From Macrostomum lignano (lineage: Eukaryota), in NCBI GenBank assembly GCA_002269645.1, contig NIVC01000657.1:143289-207288 (forward strand): a DNA stretch of 64,000 nucleotides. Direction: 5' to 3'. The first letter of the stretch is position 1. Each line of letters starts with the position of its first letter. The position numbers and the translations under genes are program-made. The notes beneath the pieces were generated by a model, which saw only the letters and a list, made by a program, of their open reading frames with translations, had not been told where the DNA came from and ran no database searches. Of the stretch, positions 13,212 through 26,134 are shown one piece after another.

Positions 13212-14913
13212 AAAAGCATCTTTTAATCTAGACAAATGAGTTAAAAATTTTTAACAAAATTTAAATTTATATCTTGGAATTATGCTAAAAAATGTATACT
13301 GCATGTTTTAAGGATATTTTCTGTATAAACAATATTACAAATAAAACTAAACTACAATAAACAAAATAATTATAAATTGAATATTTTTAAATAGCTCCTA
13401 TCACTAAAATGAACACTTGTAGAATCTTTTATTTTTTAGTAAAGCCAAAACAAAGTGTGGTATATTTATCATAAAAACAACTTGTCACTATAACAATATA
13501 TATACTAGGCCCTATATTTGTGTGGCATGTCTTCTAGAGACCCCGTGACTTGGCCTTGTCAGCCTTGTAGACTATAGAATGTATTCAAGAATATTCTGTG
13601 ATTATAGCAAAGACCATCTTCTTTACTATATAGGGTGCTAGGCCCTAATCAATTCAATGAAAAATAAATTTGATTTGAAAGATTTATAATAGACAAAGGG
13701 CCTATCAACTTAAGCTTATAGAGTGGAGCCTAAATAATATGTATACAAATGATTATGTCATTCTTGTGATAATTACAATAACACTAAAAAGCAGCTTTTG
13801 GCAAAAAAGCAACAAATATTGGACTCAAGACAACAAGAAAGGGGATAATTAGCAATTATTATATCAACTTAAGCTTATAAAGTAAAGTCCCTAATTATCC
13901 TTTTGTTTGTTCTCCTCTATCCCAAGTCCAATTTTTGTTGCTTTTTTGTCAAAGCCTGCTTCTTAGTGTCATTGTGAGCTGAATGATGTATCACTCCACT
14001 TTATGAGCCTAAGTTGATGGGTCCTTTATTGACAATCTAGTCAATTTTGTAACAATGAAAGAAGAAAAATGAAGGAAGAAAGGAAAGAAAGCTTGAAATT
14101 TATGCTTAAAAATTAACCCCTAGTATAGTGTAAGGGGGTTTTGGTGTTTTAGTTTTGGTTTACAATCATTTAGATGTAAGCAATACATGTAAATGATAAT
14201 GAACCAAAGCTAGCCATATATTAAAATAGTGATTGATTTCAGATAGAGCTTGTAAAACACTAAAACCCCGTTACACACATAGGCCCTACACTAGCTTCAG
14301 TTCAGGATCATTTATATATATATATATAAACTGAAGTGGATATATAGGATTGTCTTCTTGGATTCATTTTTGGAAATTGAATTCATGCACTAATGCCTTT
14401 ACACACACGCTAGCTTTGGTTCATGATCATTTACATGTAGGCCCTATTGCTTCTGTTTAAATGATTGGAAACCAAAGTGGATATATAGGATCCTTGTCAT
14501 CGCCATGCCATGAAAGAAACCATGCCATTTGTTGGCTATTCTGTTCAGTTTTTTCTAATGTAACAAATAAGCTCAGTTTAACCATTTTTGTTTATTTCAA
14601 GCAAGCTATGATCATTTATATGAAAAATTACATGGGCATTGTGACCCAAAATGTGGGTGGAAAAATGATGGTAAACTGAAGGAATGCCATCCTAGCCTAG
14701 TGTTCTAAAAATTAAGGCTAGGCAGTAGGCCTAGGCCTAATTAGTACTTTCTTTTAGTTTATACATTTATTTAATACTTTTTTATTTTATAGGTCTATAT
14801 AATTGGAATCCTGACAAGCTATTATGACTATATTACCAAAGTAGGCTAGGGGCCTATATCTATATAAATATAACCCATTAAATATTAGGGCCTAGAAACT
14901 AGACTTTGCTACT

Positions 14914-17107
14914 CATACATGCGCAACTTCTGAAATTACGCTGGCCGTGCGACTTAGTTTTCGATAAAAAATGCGACTTACCTATGAAAGAGCCAAGCAA
15001 AAACTTTAGGTAAACGGCAGGAGTAACTATGACCATAATTTAAAGCTAATTGCCTCGCCAGCTAATTAGTGCTGCGTGCAGATTTCGCGTTTTTATAACA
15101 GCTAATCAGTATGTCATCTAGTGGCGGCATGAAGCAATTAGTAAATTGTCAGTACAGTGTAGTGAGCATACTACAAAAGTCATGATTCATGAATGTCCAG
15201 AAGTAAGTGAAGTGAATACAGTGTGACCTATAGCTCAAGAACGATTTGCTAGACGATTTGGCATGGAAGATGAGAGCCCTGATTCAGATGGCTCATCAGA
15301 TGCAGAATACGAATCCAGTAGAGATACAAGCTGTGAAAACCCACAGATTTTTAAACCACTGAATTCTAATTCCCGGAACTATTTTTGCATAGATTCTAAA
15401 TTTGAAGTCATGCTCAAACAAAAACTTGTTAACAGTTAGGAAAAAGGCAAAGATGGGAGCAATGCATGTTAAACTAAGATTTGAGGCCTTTGCAAATTCT
15501 CTCCATTCCTCAATCTTCTCATCCTCTTTTTCTTCTCTCTCTCATCCCTTATCCCTTCTCTCTTTCCTCTCCTCTCCTATCTCTTCTGTCTCCTCTCTAC
15601 ATTCTTATCTCTCCTCTCGTCTCTCTCCATTCCACTCTACTCTCTCATCTTATCTTCCCTCTCGTCTCTCTCCACTCTACTCTCTCATCTTATCTCTCCT
15701 CTCTTTTCTACTCTCTCATCTCTCCTCTCTTCACTCTCCTCTCATCTCCTCTTTATCCTCTCTTCTCTCATCTACTCTCTCCTCTTTCCTCTTTCCTCTC
15801 TTCTGATCTCATCCATCATCTTTTCTTTCCTCTTTCCTCTCATCTCCTCTTCTCTCTCATCTCTTTTTCCTCCCTCAGCTTTTCTCTCCTTTTCTATCTT
15901 TTCTCCCATCGCATCGCTCGCCTCTCCTCTGTTTGCTTATCTCTAATCTTCTATTCCCTCTACTTTGAAGTAAGAAAATATGCACATATTTTTGCTGAAG
16001 ATAAGAGGAGAGAAGAGGGCATTGAGGAGAAAGGGTAGAGAGAAAGGGGAGAGAGAGAGAGGAGAGTAAAAATGAGAGAGAGAGAGAGGGAAAAGGGGGA
16101 GAGAGAGAAGAGGGGAGGCAAGGTAGAGAAGAAGAGAGAGATGAGAGTTGAAGAGACACCAACCTTGCTGGTTAGGAAGTTTCAAAGAACCCGAGGGTGA
16201 GGGCCAGATAGAGGGGCTTCGCGAGCCGGAGTTTGCCAACCCCTGCTCCAGAGTTTAAGAAATCAATGGGAAACTGTTGACGCGGGCTTCTGATTTCAAA
16301 GATCTTGTCTGTGGTTGAAGGCTTCTATTCTGTTTTTGCTCTCCTGCCACACTTGCACCTACTACCCCCTGATTGCCTCTGATTGTGACTTACTTCCCTC
16401 TTATTGCGACTTAGTTGCTTCTTTTTGCGACTTACCTAATCCTTTTTGCGACTTACCTAACCCTTTTGCGACTTACCTAATCCTTTTGCGACTTACCTAA
16501 CCCTTTTGCGACTTACCTAATCCTTTTGCGACTTAGCTGATCCTTTTGCGACTTACCTGATTCTTTTTGCGACTTACCTAATCCTTTTTGCGACTTACCT
16601 AATCCTTTTGCGACTTAGCTGATCCTTTTGCGACTTACCTGATTCTTTTTGCGACTTACCTGATCCTTTTTGCGACTTACCTGATCCTTTTTGCGACTTA
16701 CCTAACCCTTTTGCGACTTACCTAATCCTTTTGCGACTTACCTAACCCTTTTGCGACTTACCTGATCCTTTTTGCGACTTAGTTTGCTTCTTTTGCGACT
16801 TACCTGATTCCTGTTGCGACTTACCTGATCCTTTTTGCGACTTAGTTTGCTTCTTTTGCGACTTACCTGATCCTTTTTGCGATCAACTTACCTGATTATT
16901 TTTACAACTTAGTTTGCTTCTTTTGCGAATTGTTTTTCTTTTGCTTCACCATTTTCCCTGAACTGCTCTTTCTTTCGCTTTCCTCTTGCCTTTCTTGGTT
17001 CTTGTGTTTTTCTGTTTTTGGTTGACTCAATTTTGCGACTTACCCCTGGTCAGCCACGATTTACGGTGGCCGGATCGGCCAGGTCGGCCAGCAGTTGCGC
17101 ATGTATG
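14914..17107. mobile_element. 2.2-kb non-autonomous hAT-like element carrying cargo
   Basis: Perfect 15-bp TIRs CATACATGCGCAACT / AGTTGCGCATGTATG and exact 8-bp TSD TTGCTACT (14906-14913, 17108-17115). Contains CT- and GA-rich tracts, a hAT-MITE end at 16230-16245 and a ~20-bp array at 16420-17045. Confidence 0.85.
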
Positions 17108-17124
17108 TTGCTACTTATATAATA

Positions 17125-17492
17125 TAAATATGTACAATTGCTGGCTGACATGGCCAATCTAGCCACTAGGCCTATAAATTATGATAGGCCTAGACCAGGG
17201 GTAAGTCGCAAAAATGCCCATCCAAAAGAATACAGACATACCTAGTACTAATTAGATAGGGCATTTAGCCTTGATAAGATAGGGCTTAGCTTAGTCATAG
17301 TTAAGCGGCTAAGCGGCAGGCTTAGGCCTACTCTTTGACTTCTTGTTTAGGACTAGTTAGGAGTTTTGCTTTAGGTTAGAATTTTTGCTTTAGGGACCTA
17401 AGGTTTCTTTCATAGGTAAGTCACATTTTTGGTCAATCAAAACATAAGTTGCATGGCCATTGTAAATCAGGGAGGGGGGTTGCACATAGATG
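17125..17492. mobile_element. Decayed MITE of the CATACATG family
   Basis: Degenerate TIRs (TAAATATGTACAATT / GGTTGCACATAGATG); internal sequence collinear with 9967-10233. Confidence 0.65.
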
Positions 17493-19055
17493 GTATAATA
17501 ACACTTCTCTATGGCCTAACATTTCTCTAATTAACTTCAAATTTCAAACTTGTGCAGCCAAATACATTGCTAGAAAACACTTTAAATTAAATACCACTAG
17601 GCCTAATATCTTCTAACCTTGTAAAAAACCTTTACAGCTAAAAATAAAAATTGAACTAGACCTAGTGTGCTAAAATCAGAAAATTCAAAAGGTGTTAAGA
17701 ATAAGACTTGATGTACTGTCTTTAATACTGTAAGCACACTTTAAATGTTCGATAGTTAAATTGAAATAAATAGGACCAAGGCCAAGCCCAAGGGCAAAGA
17801 TTCAAGGCTACAGCGTACACGGTCATCATGGTCGCTAATAAGCGCGTTCAAACGTGTCAAACAATTGTTTTAAATGAATTACATTGCCATTACACAAAGT
17901 CACAAAGACATCTATAGCCAAGGACTGATTCTATGAGTTGCATTCTTGAAATCAAAGTGGTAAACCGTGAAAATTAAAAAATCACAAGTTCATAAGCTAA
18001 GCCAAGTTCATATAATAAAAATAAGTACATTTTTTGAATGCGTGCTGCTCAATTTTTTTGTTTAGTATTTTTTATTAAAAGTAAAACATGTTTCCATTTT
18101 TTATTTATTTGTTTGCTAGTACCTTGATTTTTGTTAAATACTTAAATAGGTTTTGTTAAAGTGTGCTTAAATTATAAATATTTAAATTGTGTTTTCCACT
18201 CCAACTGGTGGAACGGACTTCATGTGCAAAGTTCACCGTGAGCTGTTTGGTCAGTAGTAATTTAGGAAATAAATCACGAATGTTGTGAACTAGGAGGAAC
18301 ATGATCTAGTCAACTAATTAGTTGTCCAACTACTTGTTTATCTGAAGGAAGGCATGGAGCCGAATATGTATTGCCTGTTTAGTTGATATACATGTATGTA
18401 CATGCAAGTATATTACTTTGTAACTCTGCAACTTTTTTGTCTTTATATAGACTATTCTGGCAGCTGTACATTTTGATACAAGTAAATGATATGGATACAT
18501 ACGAATGTCAGTGAATTGTTGATTAAAGTTTTAGTTTTTTGATTGATGAAATATTTACCCAGTGGATATTTTTGAGTGCTCAGCTGTTCTGATAAACCTG
18601 ACATGTAAGAACTTCAAAGCACAGACCAAAAGAAAACATACATGTACGAGTAGCTACATATAGTAACTTTACGCTCAAACCGAATGATGTAGAAATAGTG
18701 CTTTTAGAACCTGGATAATACAGTACGAGTACATGTAAATTAAGATTTTTAATCTTATTTAAGATAGGCCCTTGAACGAGCGTACACTGTAAGTCGTATT
18801 GAAGTATGCATTACATTTTTTGATTTCGCAACCTGCCAATCAAGTGACACAATACTGGCAAGTAAGGAAGTTAACGTTAGTAAAAATGCTGATAATGTAA
18901 ATGCCTAACTAGTGTATTTAGCTTCATCATTGAAACTTATAAATAACGTTATACATAGCTACCACACAGACGCATTACATGAACCTGATGTTTAACAACA
19001 TTAAAATAAATAAAAAGCAACAAACAAACCGCTAAGTTAAAATTAATAGCAACCA

Positions 19056-22000
19056 TCACTGCCCAGAGGTAAGAGTTACCAGTAGATCTTCAGCATCATC
19101 TGGCAGAGGCGGCAACAGAGGCTGCTGTTGCTGCTGCTGGGTTGGTATTAAATTCGAAGCCAATTCTTCATCATCAACATCTTCGTCGTCTTCCTCATCC
19201 AAATCGTCATCGTCGCCCTCTTCATCTAGTTCGGCATCGTCAATGGCGGTTTCGTTGGCTGTGGCTGCAGCGGCAGAATCAGCAGCGGTGATGCCAGTCG
19301 AAGACGCGGAGGCGGCGCTGTCAGCGGAGGCGGCCAGGACCGCACGCGGCAGCAAGCGCCTCACGTGCTCTCTGAAAAGCGTCGCGTTTAATATCTTGCA
19401 TCAATCCGCTATAGCTATACTCAGTGCAAAATAGATGAGATTATGCTCAGATTATGCGGATCAGCTTGTGTGAATGTCAACTTAAGCTAAGGACCCGAGT
19501 GACTGCACAATCGATAACTTTCTGGACCCAGTTGACTAGAAACGACGAGACCCGGTCCCTTTCCTTAGTAAGGCCTTAGTATCTAGTCGTTGCCTTGAAG
19601 GAGCTTCCATTCCATGAGTCCCAAGTTAAACATTGAATCCCTTCTTGAGTACTTTCCTTGGGTTCCTAAAGTATTTTGAACTTCATTCCAACGCTTAAAT
19701 TGACATCCGCTTTTACAGACTCGAAATTTTGCAAGTGACCTGTAAGACGTCTTTGATGACGTGCAATTCTGAGCGTCAGCAAGGGTATCAACTCGAGACT
19801 GGATTTGGCTTACTTTTCGGGATAATTGAATTGTTTCTAGTAATCTTCCTTTTCTGGATTCTTACATGGAACTCTGCAGGGTGGATTTTGACCCTAACAT
19901 CAAACCGAATGTCTGGATTCTGACCCGGATACCAAACTTAATGTCTGGATTCTGACCCGGACACCAAGCTTAATGTCTAAATTCTGACCCTGACATTAAA
20001 CCAAATGTCTGGATTCTGACCCTGACACCAAACTTAATGTCTGGATTCTGACCCTGACATCAAACCGAATGTCTGGATTCTGACCCGGATACCAAACTTA
20101 ATGTCTGGATTCTGACCCGGAAATCAAACCGAATGTCTGGATTCTGACCCGGACACCAAGCTTAATGTCTGGATTCTGACCCGGACACCAAGCTTAATGT
20201 CTGGATTCTGACCCGGACACCAAACTTAATGTCTGGATTCTGACCCGGACATCAAACCGAATGTCTGGATTCTGACCCTGACATCAAACCGAATGTCTGG
20301 ATTCTGACCCTGACATCAAACCGAATGTCTGGATTCTGACCCTGACATCAAACCGAATGTCTGGATTCTGACCCTGACATCAAACCGAATGTCTGGATTC
20401 TGACCCTGACATCAAACCGAATGTCTGGATTCTGACCCTGACATCAAACCGAATGTCTGGATTCTGACCTTGACATTTTATCTGCAAGGTACACGTAAAG
20501 ACGCATAAAGACAATCCAACGAAGAATAATATATAAATAAATATGCTACACAACGTTATTCAAAGACTGATAAGTTTACATCGTATTAACATCGTATTAC
20601 CTGGTCAGCTGTCGAAATTCTGCCATATTTGACTCCGAGTACCAACCGAAGGTGTCGTGACAAACCGGTTGAATTGGTGCAGCTGCGACGCGTTCGGCAA
20701 TGGACGGCACGTGAATGTGGCAGAGCTGCAGGCACAGCTGGCCAACCCGGGGCAGCCGGTCCGGCTCCAGTGAGAACTCCGAACCGGCCGACACCGAGCG
20801 GCCGTGACGACGAATTTGACGTACGCGGACGTCCAGGCACTGGTAGATCGCAGCACCTTCAGACGGGTGATGAGTTGAGACTTCAAGTTGAATTGAAACT
20901 GGTCAAAAGTTGACAGTAGAAATCTGTTCAGATCCTTCACTTACAGCAGGGATCGGCAAACTTTTTCCCTTCAGGGCCGCATAGAGAACCCAGCGCATGA
21001 CTGCAGGCCAGAGGGGGGAGAGGAGAAGGAACAGAAGAAGAGAACTAGGAGAAATGAGAGGTGAGGTAATATAGGAAGAGAGTTGAGAGGAGAGGAGAGA
21101 GGAGAGGGGAGGAGAAAGAGAAGAGAAGGAGAAGAGAGAGGAGTAAAAAGGAGAGGAAAGGAGAAGAGAAAGGTGAGAGAAGAAACAAACTTTGAGCGGG
21201 AGGGATTGTGAAGTTTTAAAGAACCCGAGGGCCGGATGTGGCCCGCGGGCCCGAGTTTGCCGACCCATGACTTACAGGGGGGGGGCATCACAAACCCGAA
21301 AAATCACAACTCCGAAATTGATAGCAACACACATCATAAACCCGAAAAATCATAACTCCGAAATTGATAGCAACACACATCATAAACCCGAAAAATCATA
21401 ACTCCGAAATTGATAGCAACACACATCATAAACCCGAAAAATCATAACTCCGAAATTGATAGCAACACACATCATAAACCCGAAAAATCACAACTCCGAA
21501 ATTGATAGCAACACACATCATAAACCCGAAAAATCACAACTCCGAAATTGATAGCAACACACATCATAAACCCGAAAAATCACAACTCCGAAATTGATAG
21601 CAACACACATCATAAACCCGAAAAATCATAACTCCGAAATTGATAGCAACACACATCATAAACCCGAAAAATCACAACTCCGAAATTGATAGCAACACAC
21701 ATCATAAACCCGAAAAATCACAACTCCGAAATTGATAGCAACACACATCATAAACCCGAAAAATCACAACTCCGAAATTGATAGCAACGCACATGACCAA
21801 ACTAGTGTTGAACATTGCTAGAACTTTCGGAGTTATGATATTTCGGGTTAGTGATATTTTGGGTTTATGATGGAAAGTGCTTTCGGAGGTGTGATTTTTC
21901 GGGTTTATGATGGCGACCACTTACAGGGTCCTTACTAGCTTTCCTAAATGCTTCAGGGGGTCCTCAATTAATCCTTTCAGATCGTTTCCCATCTTACTGT

Positions 22001-24254
22001 TAGAAGCTACTTCTCAAATCTTTTCAATGGTCCCCGCTACCATCAGGTCCTATAATGGACGCTGTTTAGTCACCAGATCCCACCCCAAGAAAACAATGAG
22101 AAGCCCACCTGACTCAACAATGGGATTATACCCAAAGCGCAGCCACAGATGATGCCAAGGCCCTCTGTACATGTGATAGGCCTTAGCCTTGATCAGCAGT
22201 TTAGCCTGGCTCCTATTAGCAATATCGCGTAGGCAATGAGACACGTAGGCAATCGATATAATGGGAGTTTCAGCTAAAAGCTGGTCTAAACGTTCCAGCA
22301 CGCGCTGCGATCGAAGGTCTCTCAGCCTGGTCACTTGGGCTTCAATCTCAGGCGTGGGGCCGGTGGGTGCGCCAGACTTGCGCAGATCCGCCAGAGTGGT
22401 CGACACTGTCAGACCGCAGCGACTCTTTCTAGTGAACATGCGCGGTCCAGCGACGTCAGGATCGGCAACGGAGGCGGCGGCGGCGGCCGCTTGAGGTCCA
22501 GAATCCTCGGGATCGAAGCGCATCGGCTCCCAGAGTCGATAGTCGCTTTGCGCGTCCGGCCGCGATAACGGCATAGTGACGAGGTGCAGCGGTACATCAT
22601 CGCGACAGAACCAGTCTTCTACCTGGCGGTTTTTGGGGATGAGGGATTAAATTATTTTTGAGCTGATCGGCTCCACTGCGGAAATCCAAATGTGCCATTT
22701 TGAAACACGATTGTGCCATTTTTTAATCCAAATGTGCCATTTTTCCATCAGGGTGTGCCCTTTTTAAATCCACATGTACCATTTTGAAACACGATGTGCC
22801 ATTTTTAAATCTAAATGTGCCATTTTGAAACACGATGTACCATTTTTAAATCTAAATGTGCCATTTTGAAACACGATGTGCCATTTTTAAATCTAAATGT
22901 GCCATTTTGAAACACGATGTACCATTTTTAAATCTAAATGTGCCATTTTGAAACACGATGTGCCATTTTTAAATCTAAATGTGCCATTTTGAAACACGAT
23001 TGCGCCATTTTTAAATATAAATGTGCCATTTTGAAACACGATTGCGCCATTTTTAAATCCAAATTTGCCATTTATTCATTAGGGTGTGCCACTTTTAAAT
23101 CCAAATGTGCCATTTTGAAGCACGTTTGTGCCACTTTTAAATCCAAATGTGCCATTTTGAAATCCAAATGTGCCATTTTGAAGCACGTTTGTGCCACTTT
23201 TAAATCCAAATGTGTCATTTTTAAAACGAAAGTGAAAACAACAATAAATCTTGTCACATGAGCACACAGCGCACCTGATCAAACGGTCTCGAAGGTACCA
23301 AATCGTCGTACAGGTCGCGATACTGTTCGAGATTTGGCCCGGACCGAATAAATGTCAGATATTGCAAATCTGCCAGACCATTGAATTCGTAGGTGCAGCC
23401 GCTTTGACCAAGGCATTCGATTTGAAAGCGTTCATCGCCTGTGACTTTGTGCCGCTGTCTGCAGTGAACGGTTTATGCACTCTTTATCAAGGAGGGCTTA
23501 CAAACCAATGCCCGCAAAGCCTCTCTATATCCGGCCCTCGGGTTCTTTAAAACTTCACAATCTCTCCCGCTCAAAGCTTGTGTCTCTTCTTAGCTTTCTT
23601 CTCTCACCTTTCTCTTCTTCTCTTCTCTCTTCTCCTCTCCTCCACTCCTCTTCTCTCCTCTCCCTCTTCTCTTCTCTTTTCTTCGCTCCTCTTCACTCGT
23701 CTTCTCTTTACTCCTCTCACTTCTCCTATTTCATCTCCCCTTTCCTCTCCTTTCGTCAACTCTCTTCCTTTATTCCCTCACCTCTCATTTTTCCTAGTTC
23801 TCTTCTCTGTCCCCTCCCCTATTTTTAGCACAATTTAATAAATCTGTTGCTAAAATATTAAAAAAGCAGAAAAATGCAAAATTTTTTGAAAAAAACGAGA
23901 TAAAGCATGGCATGCGCACTATTTAAAAAAGCACTCGAGCTACCCATTGAAAAAAAATTTATAACCGCACCTGACTACTCGCAGTACAAAAGCAGCTCGG
24001 CTAGTTACGGGATCTGCGACAGCCACTCTAGGCAGAGCATCCTCTGGATTGAATTGCATCTGCAGTCTCAGCTGGTGCTGCTGCTGCTGCTGAAGCCGCT
24101 GTTGCTGTTGCTGCTGCAATTGAGCAGCAAAAGACTCTGCGAGTTTGTCCAGCCCGCCAAGCATCCGGATCGCTCGATCTTCATTGCGAACTATGCCGGG
24201 AAATTCCACGGCTAATAGTTGCCGATTGGATAGGGGCACCTCCTGCTGCTGCGA
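19056..24254 (-). CDS. GTF3C5: General transcription factor IIIC subunit 5 (Tau95/TFIIIC63), about 518 aa
   Basis: Exons (minus) 23971-24254, 23275-23458, 22109-22622, 20601-20856, 19056-19371, phase-consistent. Motifs LLAVEFPGIV, YEFNGLADLQYL, YRGPWHHLWLRFGYNP, IYQCLDVR, FGWY and an acidic C-tail match the family. No in-frame ATG at the 5' end (24260 is TTG inside a ttgcag acceptor). Confidence 0.92.
19915..20475. repeat. 32-bp minisatellite (CTGGATTCTGACCCTGACATCAAACCGAATGT)
   Basis: Visible tandem units in the last GTF3C5 intron. Confidence 0.95.
20947..21269. mobile_element. hAT MITE with GA-rich interior
   Basis: TIRs CAGGGATCGGCAAACT / AGTTTGCCGACCCATG and exact 8-bp TSD ACTTACAG (20939-20946, 21270-21277). 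Related partial copies at about 16000-16245 and 23495-23830 (reverse). Confidence 0.85.
21280..21918. mobile_element. Foldback/MULE-like MITE with a 46-bp tandem array in one arm
   Basis: Direct 9-10-bp flanks ACTTACAGGG (21270-21279, 21919-21928). Left arm is about 11 copies of AAACCCGAAAAATCACAACTCCGAAATTGATAGCAACACACATCAT; right arm has inverted copies (TTTTCGGGTTTATGATGG). Confidence 0.75.
22685..23225. repeat. Composite 21/42-bp minisatellite (AAATCYAAATGTGCCATTTTGAAACACG...)
   Basis: Visible tandem units filling GTF3C5 intron 2. Confidence 0.9.
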
Positions 24255-24321
24255 CTGCAATTACGCAATATATAAATAAAACTGCTTTGCAAAGTTTACT
24301 TTCGATACATATCGGATCAAT

Positions 24322-24556
24322 CCAAAATTCACGCTCACATAGGGTGTACAGCGGCACTTTGACTTTCCAGTCGTCAGGCATGTACACTTTCAGTGCATTG
24401 GGGTTGTTTCTCGTGGATGTGCATCGCGCTATAACCCTCTTCGGCCAATTTTCGTGTACTAAAAACCCCAAATGAATGCGGCCGCGCACGGAATCGAACC
24501 AGGGGCCACGGGGCGAGAGTAAAAAATTGCGTCTACTGCTGAGCTGAGCTGAGCTA
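24322..24556 (-). mobile_element. SINE family 1 copy with tRNA-derived head (A and B boxes)
   Basis: Minus strand: A-box-like TAGCTCAG..CAGTAG, B box GGTTCGATTCC (24490-24500), then GTGTACATGCCTGACGACTGGAAAGTCAAAGTGCCGCTGTACAC (24344-24387). Confidence 0.8.
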
Positions 24557-25374
24557 CAAACAAAACAAAAAAACGAATACGAAAAATAGCAAAATAAATT
24601 AGAAGTTTTACCCTCTATGCAGGTAAGCCTACCCTTACAACTAGTAGAAGATTCTTAAGAAACACCTATTATAGCCCATCGCAAAAACAAAAAATAACAA
24701 AACTTCATTATAACATAATTGTGCTCGACCAAAAAAGAGAGAAAATTAGTTTGAACAAAACTCGAGTAAGAAATATTTGAATAATAAGTTTATTTTTATA
24801 ATAAATTCGTCCAAGTGCTTAGGGAGTCAAGAACACACGAGTATAAAAGAGTTTTGAGTAACATTATTACAATTTATTTTTTTAAAGTTATTAAAGTTAG
24901 ACAAATCACAGATCAAAAATGGTACACAGCGTAAACTTTAAGTAAAATTGTGGACGGAAAGGAAATCTAAATTTTAAGGTAATTATGTAATGTAATTAGA
25001 AGCTCCGCTTCGCTGTTTTCATTACTCATAATCTTTAGTTGGTATCTGTATAGTTTAAATAACAAATTATTAGACAAAGCTATTAAATAATAACAGAACT
25101 CTTTAGATGCTAGTAAAGATTTACTAGTCAATTATTAACAATTCAGAGTTGTTTGAAAACATTACTGCAATCGTTTCCTTTAGACTTAATTCACTATCTT
25201 TTCAATTTCTAAAGAAGTATAACAAGTTCCTACTTTCAGCTTAGTAGCAGGGAAGCATACGTAAGCTAGTTTATAAAAATAAGGCTGTTAAAACGACTGC
25301 GGAGCTTGCAGACTTGATGTAAACAATTTGTTAAGGTGCATTAGCCCAGCCTGGTACACTGGGGAAGGCAATAA

Positions 25375-25785
25375 AAATTGGGTGGCGGGGCGGGGGTAGA
25401 GATTTTGTCTTGAACGGCGCAGTAGGTGGTTCAGTTGGGGGAGGGTTGTAAGAAAAAAACTGGGGGTGGCAGGGCGGGGGTAGAGATTTTGTCTTGAACG
25501 GCGCAGTAGGGGGTTCAGTTGGGGGAGGGTGGTAAGAAAAAAAACTGGGGGTGGCAGGGCGGGGGTAGAGATTTTGTCTTGAACGGCGCAGTAGGGGTTC
25601 AGTTGGGGGAGGGTGGTAAGAAAAAAAACTGGGGGTGGCAGGGCGGGGGTAGAGATTTTGTCTTGAACGGCGCAGTAGGGGGTTCAGTTGGGGGAGGGTG
25701 GTAAGAAAAAAAACTGGGGGTGGCGGGGCGGGGGTAGAGATTTTGTCTTGAACGGCGCAGTAGGGGGTTCAGTTGGGGGAGGGGG
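25375..25785. repeat. ~83-bp G-rich tandem repeat, about 5 copies
   Basis: Visible repeats of GGGGTAGAGATTTTGTCTTGAACGGCGCAGTAGG... Confidence 0.92.
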
Positions 25786-26134
25786 AGGTAACAGGTCCAG
25801 GCTAATAAACGAGTCCTGTTATAAAATACAATAAAATGTTCATGCTTATTTAACTTTTTACTTCACTGAATTTAAGAGGAACAGCCCGATCGCGCGCCTT
25901 TCCCGCTACGTCCTTCCCGATGCTGCCCTGCAGCTAAAGAACTGAAAGTAGCTTGCTTGCACGCAAATGCGCTGATTGCGCCTAATCTAGTTATTATACA
26001 TGCACTATTATTGTCTGGGATCCCCTTCAATGCATGTACAATATACGCATATGATAGTTAAGTTGCAAAAGAAACCAGAGTAGCAAAAAAAGACAACAGT
26101 GGTTATATGTGTAGATAAAAGACACACGAGTCTG

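Noticed and set aside
15230-15480. Acidic coding-like stretch (RFGMEDESPDSDGSSDAEYES) as a gene or transposase
   Set aside because: Short, followed by stops, no recognisable motif; at most captured cargo within the hAT-like element.
24478-24556. Functional tRNA genes here and at 2431, 47040, 48500 and 63710
   Set aside because: A/B boxes present but no complete acceptor and anticodon stems; most are followed by the same SINE body.
25345-25805. AGCCTGG inverted words flanking the 83-bp array as TIRs
   Set aside because: Only about 7 bp of match and no TSD.
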